This document shows, piece after piece, positions 1 to 6,642 of a stretch of 10,073 bases of DNA (positions are counted from its first letter, which is position 1; each line of letters opens with the position of its first letter). This DNA is from Oscillatoria sp. PCC 10802 (GTDB lineage: Bacteria; Cyanobacteriota; Cyanobacteriia; Cyanobacteriales; Oscillatoriaceae), in NCBI RefSeq assembly GCF_000332335.1, contig NZ_KB235948.1, forward strand, positions 2,730,440 to 2,740,512, in the 5' to 3' direction. Under the pieces are notes generated by a model. That model searched no databases. It was not told the DNA's origin and saw nothing but the letters and a program-made list of their open reading frames with translations. The position numbers and the translations under genes were made by a program.

Positions 1-116
1 GGGCTTCAGCCCAAAAGTTCGTAGTTGGGCTTCAGCCCAAAAGTTCGTAGTTGGGCTTCAGCCCAAAAGTTCGTAGTTGGGCTTCAGCCCAAAGGTTCGT
101 AGTTGGGCTTCAGCCC
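1..116. repeat. Tandem array of a 26-bp unit (GGGCTTCAGCCCAAAAGTTCGTAGTT), 4 full copies plus a 12-bp partial. Copy 4 has one A>G change. The array is truncated by the window start.
   Basis: Direct reading: units at 1-26, 27-52, 53-78, 79-104 and partial 105-116. Each unit begins with a mini-palindrome GGGC-TTCA-GCCC. Confidence 0.9.
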
Positions 117-284
117 CACACCGCCGGCAACCCCACACCCCCTGGTCCCCAAACCCCCTACCCCTTCCGCCCCAATCTCAGTCATGGGGCTGATCAGACC
201 GGCTGCAGGAACTGAATGCGACGAACTCAGCTGAGCGCACCGGCTCTCAGGGAAGCAGAAAATTTGATACAAATTTCGCTTAAG

Positions 285-314
285 TTGCCATATTCGGAAA
301 CATTATAATATAAT
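285..314 (+). promoter_or_regulatory. Sigma70-like promoter candidate: TTGCCA (285-290), 18-bp spacer, TATAAT (309-314). Predicted TSS ~321, reading into the inverted-repeat element.
   Basis: Hexamers read directly. A second TATAAT overlaps at 304-309. No experimental support. Confidence 0.3.
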
Positions 315-361
315 CTGCTGTCGGAGGGAACGCCATCTAAAGTTGAATACGATCCAGGCGA

Positions 362-627
362 TTGGAAATCGCGGCTATACAGACGAAGCCCGCCTACGCG
401 GGCTTTCATAGTAGAGCTAGACTCTCAAAATTTGCGGGGTGTTTCTCTCGTTTGATTCTCGCCGGCTTATACTGGAAATAAGCAACTGTTGCCTTGCCGG
501 TTTTGGCAGCCGTGATTTTCAATCGCCGGCATGTCCCCCCAGAAGCCTACGAGGTATAATTGCCGGAAGGAATTGGCAATAAGCAACCCGCGCAGGCGGG
601 TTTTGTCTGTATAGCCGCGATTTCCAA
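362..627. repeat. 266-bp element bounded by 23-bp perfect inverted repeats. Left arm TTGGAAATCGCGGCTATACAGAC at 362-384, right arm GTCTGTATAGCCGCGATTTCCAA at 605-627. Each arm abuts an 8/7-bp GC hairpin (385-406 and 585-604). Candidate structured sRNA or MITE-like element.
   Basis: Reverse-complement identity of the arms checked base by base. The right-hand hairpin AACCCGC-GCAG-GCGGGTT is followed by TTTTGTCTGT, terminator-like on +. No obvious target-site duplication. Confidence 0.55.
410..475. repeat. Copy A of a ~60-bp direct repeat (AGTAGAGCTAGACTCTCAAAATTTGCGGGGTGTTTCTCTCGTTTGATTCTCGCCGGC). It lies inside the inverted-repeat element.
   Basis: Aligns to 797-853 with ~85% identity. Both copies follow a CCCGC-containing hairpin. 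Confidence 0.7.
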
Positions 628-648
628 GAGACTGTTGGCGAAGTGATA

Positions 649-712
649 GGGGGTTTTACCCCACCCCCAACCCCTCACCGTTAACGGGGAGGGGAGCTTT
701 CTGGGAACCCTT
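649..712. repeat. G/C-rich palindromic mini-repeat, copy R1 (CCCCACCCCCAACCCCTCACC-GTTAAC-GGGGAGGGGA followed by GCTTTCTGGGAACCC).
   Basis: Shares CACCCCCAACCCCTC plus a hairpin with the reverse complement of 7431-7470. Shares TTCTGGGAACC with 6643-6660. Confidence 0.6.
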
Positions 713-796
713 GTTCTCCCCTTTCTCGTCTTTTATCGAAAAAAAACCCGCACATTTTGAAAGTCTCGCTCTACTCTTAGCCCGCGTTGAGCGAAG

Positions 797-853
797 AGTA
801 GATCGATACTCTCAAAAATTGCGGGGTGTTTCTCTCATTTGATTCTCACGGCT
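797..853. repeat. Copy B of the ~60-bp direct repeat (AGTAGATCGATACTCTCAAAAATTGCGGGGTGTTTCTCTCATTTGATTCTCACGGC). Preceded by hairpin TCTACTCTT-N15-AAGAGTAGA (768-800).
   Basis: Direct alignment with 410-475. Confidence 0.7.
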
Positions 854-1101
854 CACATTCTTGTGATTTCACTTTTTCTTTATAAATCACCCGCCCACCG
901 GCTCTCTCTTTCGGTAGAATTTAGTAGCCGGCTCTGACAAATGTAGCCGGAGATACAGCCAGTTAAATCAATATGAGCTATAATCATAGAAGCCGGCGCA
1001 AACAGGCGTTGCAGATGTGTGGGATGATGGGGTTCCCCGGTGGTCTAAGATGTTAATTACATAACAGCCCCTGACAAGATAAAACAAAGGAAATCTCTCT
1101 T

Positions 1102-2463
1102 ATGGCAGATGCAATTGAAAAGCAGCCCCCTCACCATGTCGTGATTGTCGGAGGCGGTTTTGGCGGACTTTATGCGGCGCAGGCGCTCCGTCGCGCCCCG
1201 GTTAAGGTGACGCTGATTGACAAGCGCAATTTTCACCTATTTCAGCCCCTCCTGTACCAAGTCGCCACCGGCACCCTGTCGCCGGCGGACATTTCCTCAC
1301 CGCTGCGGGCTGTGCTCAGCCGCAACAAGAATACCACAGTCCTGCTGGGTGAGGTGACAGATATTGACGCGCAAGGGCAAAAAGTTATCATGCGCGGGGG
1401 AGAGGTGAGTTATGATACCTTAATTGTAGCCACCGGCGCGAGCCACCACTACTTCGGAAAAGACGAGTGGGAGCCGTTTGCGCCCGGTTTGAAAACGGTG
1501 GAAGGGGCGCTAGAAATCCGCCGGCGCGTTTTCATGGCTTTTGAAGCGGCGGAAAAGGAAACTGACGCGGAAAAACGGCAAGCGTGGCTGACTTTTGCCA
1601 TTGTGGGGGGTGGTCCAACGGGTGTGGAATTAGCCGGCGCTATTGCGGAACTCGCCCACAATACGCTGAAGGACGATTTCCGCAATATTGACACAACGGA
1701 AGCGGAAATAGTATTATTGGAAGGGACGGATCGGATTCTGCCGCCTTACCCGACGGCACTGTCAGCAGAAGCGGAACAAGCCCTGCACCGGCTGGGGGTG
1801 AGAGTGCGGACAAAAACCCTGGTGACGAAGATAGAAGGCGATACGGTTGCGGTGCGCGAGGGGGAGAAAGAAGAGGAGATAAAAGCGCGAACCGTGCTGT
1901 GGGCGGCTGGGGTGAAAGCTTCTAAGCTGGGACAGGTTTTGGCGCAGCGAGCCGGCGCTCAACTCGACAGAGTGGGGCGGGTGATTGTGGAGCCGGATTT
2001 GAGTGTGGGGGGATATGGGAATATTTTTGTGATTGGGGATTTGGCGAATTATTCCCATCAGGAGGGGAAACCGCTACCGGGTATCGCGCCGGTGGCGATG
2101 CAGGAAGGGGAATATGTGGCGAAGCTGATTAAAGAGCGGCTGAAAGGCAACAGTGCGCCGGCTTTCCGGTATGTGGATACCGGCAGTTTGGCGGTGATTG
2201 GGCGGAATGCGGCTGTGGTGGATTTGGGGTATGTGAAGCTGTCGGGTTTCCTGGCGTGGCTGATTTGGGTGTTTGTGCACATCTACTTTTTGATTGAGTT
2301 TGACAATAAACTGGTGGTGATGCTGCAGTGGGGGTGGAATTATTTCACGCGCAAGGGCGGCGCTCGCTTGATTACGGGGGATGAGTCTGTGGGGCGCATC
2401 GCCGTGGATGAGGGGGGGAATTATTCCGTGCCGGTGGGTAAGAAAGAGCCGGTGGAGGTGTAG
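1102..2463 (+). CDS. ndh: Type II NADH:quinone oxidoreductase (NDH-2, FAD-dependent pyridine nucleotide-disulfide oxidoreductase family), 453 aa.
   Basis: N-terminal Rossmann FAD motif VVIVGGGFGGLYAA. Second dinucleotide-binding motif FAIVGGGPTGVELAG. Hydrophobic C-terminal stretch FLAWLIWVFVHIYFLI typical of NDH-2 membrane anchoring. ATG start with AAGGAAA about 12 nt upstream. Confidence 0.9.
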   Translation: MADAIEKQPPHHVVIVGGGFGGLYAAQALRRAPVKVTLIDKRNFHLFQPLLYQVATGTLSPADISSPLRAVLSRNKNTTVLLGEVTDIDAQGQKVIMRGGEVSYDTLIVATGASHHYFGKDEWEPFAPGLKTVEGALEIRRRVFMAFEAAEKETDAEKRQAWLTFAIVGGGPTGVELAGAIAELAHNTLKDDFRNIDTTEAEIVLLEGTDRILPPYPTALSAEAEQALHRLGVRVRTKTLVTKIEGDTVAVREGEKEEEIKARTVLWAAGVKASKLGQVLAQRAGAQLDRVGRVIVEPDLSVGGYGNIFVIGDLANYSHQEGKPLPGIAPVAMQEGEYVAKLIKERLKGNSAPAFRYVDTGSLAVIGRNAAVVDLGYVKLSGFLAWLIWVFVHIYFLIEFDNKLVVMLQWGWNYFTRKGGARLITGDESVGRIAVDEGGNYSVPVGKKEPVEV

Positions 2464-2493
2464 TGGTAGGAGGATTTTAACCGCAGATGCAGG

Positions 2494-2550
2494 CAGATAA
2501 ACGCAGATGAAGAGGATTATCTGCGTTCATCTCCGTTTATCTGCGGTTTG
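2494..2550 (+). terminator. Nested palindrome downstream of ndh. An 18-bp stem CAGATAAACGCAGATGAA / TTCATCTCCGTTTATCTG matches at 17 of 18 positions. A 14-nt loop is followed by GGTTTG. Candidate intrinsic terminator.
   Basis: Arms read directly (2494-2511 and 2526-2543). The U-tract is only 3 T. A second perfect 6-bp hairpin GCACAG-TTAT-CTGTGC lies at 2561-2576. Confidence 0.4.
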
Positions 2551-2935
2551 AAAAAGTCCCGCACAGTTATCTGTGCCACCATCGGGTGAGCCGGTTGAGG
2601 ATAGATGGGCGATTGTGCCAAGCTTGATAAAATTCCGGGTAGGGCATAGTTTGGGCGCAGTGCAAGATGAGTTTGTACCACTTCTCGAATCGCTCATATT
2701 TCATTATCTAACTTATCATTTATGCTGCTTTTCTGCGGGTATATTTATCCCGTTCTGACTCGATGACTCGCACTAACGTCTCCATAGCTATTTGATTGCC
2801 GGTGCCACAAACTCCAAGTGCTGCAGCGCCAGCCGCAGGGTATTTTTCTTCATATCCTTGATGCGATCTTTGTCCAGTTCGTTTAGCGCTCGCCGCGATT
2901 CGCAGCGCCAAAAGAAACAAAATACAAAAGAGGCG

Positions 2936-2994
2936 GCTGTTAATTGTTAAGAAAATTTACTGTTATTACAATAAACCTTTAACAATTAACAAGC
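2936..2994 (-). terminator. 15-bp inverted repeat (GCTGTTAATTGTTAA / TTAACAATTAACAAGC) with a 28-nt spacer. On the - strand it is followed by a T-rich tract (CTCTTTTGTATTTTGTTTCTTTT). Candidate terminator of the protease operon, or a palindromic operator.
   Basis: Arms read directly. Lies ~113 nt beyond the protease stop on the - strand. The stem is AT-rich, which weakens the terminator reading. Confidence 0.35.
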
Positions 2995-3106
2995 CACCAC
3001 CTATTAGGCTGGGCGACGCTCACCCTACCTGCAGAATGCTTCTGCGTAAGTCCTGGTCAACTCAGGAATAAAATAGCCCTGCCTTAAAATCAAAGGGGTG
3101 GTTTGC

Positions 3107-4018
3107 CTACCGGGGTATATAATTGACAATTATGTCAGCTTTTAGCCAGCCTCGTCCCAAGTAGTCTACGATTATGCCGCCTATTCTTCTGACTCCCTTT
3201 CCTTGCAAATGGGCGTACACGTCCACACAATTTGGTTGTCCGGCAACAATCTCAATCTTTTCAAAATAGGAATAGCCTCCATCAGAAATCATTAAGGGGG
3301 GTTGCCAATTCACAATCTCGCGGGCTTCTGGAACGCAAAACCTTTGAACGACTTGGCGATTGTCTGTATGATCTACACGCACGTCAAAGCGAAAGGTTCG
3401 CTGTTGCACTGGTGGTGGGGGAGGTGGGGGAAGTGGGGGAGCATCATGAAAACTTTTGAGGTTAGGGAACTCTTCAAAAATAACCTTTGTGGGCACTCCA
3501 TACCCACCTAAATTACTATAAATGTTGCGACTATCACTAATAATGCCGCACACCTTTCCGGTGTTTTCATTTAGCAAGGGTGAACCGCTGAATCCAGGAG
3601 CAGCTTGCCCCTCAGTGAATTTGATCAATTCTGGGTTTCTCCCGCAGACACCTTCACATTTATACGTTGCTGATTCCCCCTTGAAATGACTAATTTCAGT
3701 ATAGCCATAGGTGGAAAAGGAGTCACCGACTTGGAAAGACTCATCCAAAGACACGCAAGGTTGTCTGGGAATACTATTATTTAACCGGATAAGTGCTAAA
3801 TCAACTTTAGCAGTATCTTCCGCTCTTCCCACAACTGTGGCGGGGTATTCTTGATTTTGCCAGTAAACCGTGACCGACTGCTGATCCTTAACCACATGAG
3901 CGCAGGTGAGAATCAGCCCCTCAGCAGCCACAAAAAATCCTGTTCCGCTCTCTGTATTTGCACTTATCCGCACAGTGCATTGTTTCAACTGCTCGCACAG
4001 CTCGTTCAGATCCGTCAT
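3107..4018 (-). CDS. Cytoplasmic trypsin-like serine peptidase (S1/chymotrypsin fold, compact Trypsin_2-like), 303 aa. Carries a poly-proline linker (PPLPPPPPPPV) and an unassigned ~100-aa C-terminal domain.
   Basis: Catalytic triad in canonical order and context: His in GLILTCAHVV, Asp in VDLALIRL, Ser in GFSGSPLL. No signal peptide. ATG start with GAGG about 12 nt upstream. Lies 44 bp downstream of the co-oriented small ORF. Confidence 0.8.
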   Translation of the reverse strand: MTDLNELCEQLKQCTVRISANTESGTGFFVAAEGLILTCAHVVKDQQSVTVYWQNQEYPATVVGRAEDTAKVDLALIRLNNSIPRQPCVSLDESFQVGDSFSTYGYTEISHFKGESATYKCEGVCGRNPELIKFTEGQAAPGFSGSPLLNENTGKVCGIISDSRNIYSNLGGYGVPTKVIFEEFPNLKSFHDAPPLPPPPPPPVQQRTFRFDVRVDHTDNRQVVQRFCVPEAREIVNWQPPLMISDGGYSYFEKIEIVAGQPNCVDVYAHLQGKGVRRIGGIIVDYLGRGWLKADIIVNYIPR

Positions 4019-4061
4019 CCCCTTCTTGCCTCGCTAATAGCCAAAAACTACATGTTGACCT

Positions 4062-4412
4062 TCAGTTGCTTGAAGCATCGCGTGTTGGAATGTCTTCCTT
4101 TGCCCACTCCATAGTAATTTCTAGGTTTCCCTTGCTAGAGCCTTTTACAATCAGTGCTGTTAGCTGTCCCGACTCTAGTGCAACTTCTAACCCTAATTTT
4201 ACACTCGTTTTAGTAGGCTTTACCTGCTGCAAATGGTTGACTATCGCAGCGGCAATCCCCTCAATTGAATTAGTTAAATTATCCAAAGATAAGATTTGAG
4301 ATGAAGAGCTAATCTTCTGAGAGCCACCCAGCATCCTTGCTTCAATGTTTACCTCCTGGCCATTCGGAAGCTTAACTCGAACAATTTCTGTGCGTTCTGC
4401 GCCAGATTGCAT
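4062..4412 (-). CDS. Small soluble protein, 116 aa, co-transcribed immediately upstream of the trypsin-like peptidase. Possible trypsin-co-occurring (Trypco-like) partner, regulator or substrate.
   Basis: ATG start preceded by a strong SD (CTAAGGAGAAGAAATT-ATG). Same strand as the peptidase with a 44-bp gap. Beta-rich pattern SVKLGLEVALESGQLTALIVKGSSKGNLEITMEW. No TM or signal peptide. AT-richer than the flanking genes. Confidence 0.6.
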   Translation of the reverse strand: MQSGAERTEIVRVKLPNGQEVNIEARMLGGSQKISSSSQILSLDNLTNSIEGIAAAIVNHLQQVKPTKTSVKLGLEVALESGQLTALIVKGSSKGNLEITMEWAKEDIPTRDASSN

Positions 4413-5018
4413 AATTTCTTCTCCTTAGAGATTGAGGTATTGTTTTGAATCTGTCCGTGAGCCCCCCACCCAAACCCATCCAGCCGAGCTGGGGAACTCA
4501 TCAGCCTTTTTCCCACCACCCTCACCGCCATCCGGAAACTTTTTACATTTCTTCATCAACGAGCCTCCGAACCCCCCCAGCACCGGCACCCAACTCACTC
4601 CCCTCCCCCGCCCCCAGAATGCCGGCACGCCAGAGCCCCACCGGCTAAGTCGCTGGAGTCTTCAACCGGATGTCTTAAAATATCTGCCTTAGCCCAAATC
4701 GCGTAAACTCTACGCTGAAAGCATTTACGCTGCTAACGCCCGCAAAAGATTGCGTATTTTCCGGCAGAATACATAAGCAAACGCCCCCCACCGGCAGGCT
4801 CGCTCGGCGCACCGGCAGCCGGTGTGTTGCGCCAAGTTGCCGGTGGCTTCCCCAGCACCCAATATAGCGGCAAAGCCGGTGTTGCACAGAGCTGAAGAAC
4901 CCCGTGGGGTTAAATCCTGTTGCTGTAAACGCGACTCCCGACACTATCCCTCTTTATACAACAAGCAAATTAAAAGCGCAACCCCTTGCGATCCCCACCC
5001 CCACCAAACAGCTACAGC

Positions 5019-6383
5019 TTATTCCAGAGAGAGCTCGCAGCTCTCCTCACTAACCGGCACAGCCTCCGGAGCCAGCAAGTTAACTTTCACGTTTTGCCGG
5101 ATAGGAATTTCAATTGCAAACTCCGCTCCCCGCCCGGGCGCTGAAACACAAACAAGCCGCCCGCCGTGTTTTTTCACCACAATCTGGTAGCTAATGGACA
5201 GCCCCAAGCCGGTGCCGCTCCCCACCGGCTTAGTCGTAAAAAACGGGTCAAATATTCTATGAAGCACATCTTCACTCATGCCCGGCCCATTGTCAATAAT
5301 CCGGATTCTCACGCAGTCAAAGGAAGACACTTCAGTGCGAATCCGAATGCAGGGAAAAAACCCTGACTTGTCACGAGAGGAACCATCACCCCCCACTTGC
5401 GAATTCCCACACCCCATCCCTTCTTCAAGGGCATCAATCGCATTCGTAAGAATATGCATAAACACTTGGTTTAGCTCGCCGGCGTAGCAGGTAACTTCTG
5501 GAACATCCCCGTACTCTTTAACCACTTCGATATCAGCCAGACGCCCGTCTTTTTTGAACCGGTGCTGCAAAAATAGCAGCGTGCTGTCAATGCATTCGTG
5601 AATGTTCACCGGCTTGATATCCGATTCATTCAGCCGGGAAAAAGTCCGCAAACTCAACACCATATTGCGGATGCGATCGGCTCCCACTTTCATCGAATCC
5701 AGAATTTTTTGCACATCCTCAACCATAAATTCCAGGTCGATGCTCTCAGTAGCCGCTTTAATCTCCGGTGCCGGATTGGGGTAAGTTTTTTGGTAGAGGT
5801 CGAGCAGATTGAGCAATTCTTGAATATAGCTATTGATCGGGAACAGATTCCCGTAAATAAAGCTGATGGGGTTGTTAATTTCGTGGGCGACACCCGCCAC
5901 TATCTGCCCCAAGCTGGACATTTTAGCCGCCTGAATCACTTGCGCTTGGGTGGCGCGAAGTTCCGAGAGCGTTTGTTCCAGCGTTTTTGTCAGAGTGCGC
6001 ATTTTGACGTGCGCATTGATGCGAGCCAAAACCTCCTCTTGCTGGAATGGCTTGGTAATGTAATCCACTGCGCCCATAGAAAACCCCTTCACCTTATCCA
6101 CCGTCTCAGAAAGAGCCGTCATAAAAATCACGGGGATGTCTTTCGTTGCCTCATTTGCCTTCAGCCGCCGGCAAGTTTCAAACCCGTCGATTCCGGGCAT
6201 CATCACATCCAGCAAAATCAGAGCCGGCGGGTCGTATTGCACCTTGCGGATAGCACTTTCTCCATCTCGCGCTACCCGCACACCAAACCCAGCTTGATTC
6301 AAAACCGCAGAGAGCAAACTCAAATTGGCCGGGGTGTCATCGACGATTAAGATAGCAGCTATATCACCCTTTTTATCGTTCAT
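5019..6383 (-). CDS. Hybrid two-component protein: N-terminal receiver (REC) domain fused to a histidine kinase (HisKA + HATPase_c). 454 aa from the ATG at 6383, or 473 aa if the TTG at 6440 is used.
   Basis: REC acidic pocket (LIVDD ... LILLDVMMPGIDG ... K in DYITKPF). H-box AHEINNPISF. N/G boxes IIDNGPGM and GTGLGLSIS. The ORF-track start at 6440 is a TTG. An in-frame ATG (MNDKKGD...) at 6383 gives a canonical receiver N-terminus. Confidence 0.85.
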   Translation of the reverse strand: MNDKKGDIAAILIVDDTPANLSLLSAVLNQAGFGVRVARDGESAIRKVQYDPPALILLDVMMPGIDGFETCRRLKANEATKDIPVIFMTALSETVDKVKGFSMGAVDYITKPFQQEEVLARINAHVKMRTLTKTLEQTLSELRATQAQVIQAAKMSSLGQIVAGVAHEINNPISFIYGNLFPINSYIQELLNLLDLYQKTYPNPAPEIKAATESIDLEFMVEDVQKILDSMKVGADRIRNMVLSLRTFSRLNESDIKPVNIHECIDSTLLFLQHRFKKDGRLADIEVVKEYGDVPEVTCYAGELNQVFMHILTNAIDALEEGMGCGNSQVGGDGSSRDKSGFFPCIRIRTEVSSFDCVRIRIIDNGPGMSEDVLHRIFDPFFTTKPVGSGTGLGLSISYQIVVKKHGGRLVCVSAPGRGAEFAIEIPIRQNVKVNLLAPEAVPVSEESCELSLE

Positions 6384-6642
6384 AGTTATTTTTTTATCGC
6401 TGTTTTTTATTTGAGAAAACGGCTGAGCGAAAGACAACAAAGGAGGGGACGAAGTGAGCCGGCGGGTTGAGGGCTCGAAGTAAGTCTGCCTAGCAAACGC
6501 AGAACCTGCGACCTATTTTACCACCAGTCGTCCCAAGATTTGCCACTTGCTGCCGGTGAGCCCAACAATCTTTCCCAAAACTCCCACTGCAGCCATTTCC
6601 GCCCCCTGCCGGCGCTACATCGCTCCGTGCCGGTGCCGGTGC

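Noticed and set aside
1-116. Possible CRISPR array (26-bp repeats with a small hairpin).
   Set aside because: The units are contiguous with no spacers, so it is a plain tandem repeat.
84-409. Minus-strand ORFs 84-272 and 227-409 at the left end.
   Set aside because: They overlap the tandem array and the C-rich tract and give low-complexity translations. The region looks regulatory and repetitive, not coding.
1449-2282. Minus-strand ORFs (81, 98, 74 and 68 aa) inside ndh.
   Set aside because: Antisense to a strongly supported gene. Low-complexity translations.
2573-2920. Small ORFs 2573-2758 (+, 61 aa) and 2720-2920 (-, 66 aa) in the ndh/protease convergent gap.
   Set aside because: No SD, no recognisable motif, and odd composition (for example LCCFSAGIFIPF). 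A small gene here cannot be excluded, but nothing in the sequence supports it.
3232-4299. + strand ORFs (75, 69, 87 and 113 aa) inside the protease and small-protein genes.
   Set aside because: They are antisense to the two minus-strand genes, which have catalytic motifs and an SD. No supporting features.
4425-4944. Pro/Gly-rich ORFs on both strands (4432-4692 +, 4445-4648 +, 4425-4628 -, 4675-4944 -) and ORF 4822-5190 +.
   Set aside because: They are generated by C/G homopolymer tracts and have no SD or domain signal. 4822-5190 overlaps the 3' end of the kinase gene antisense.
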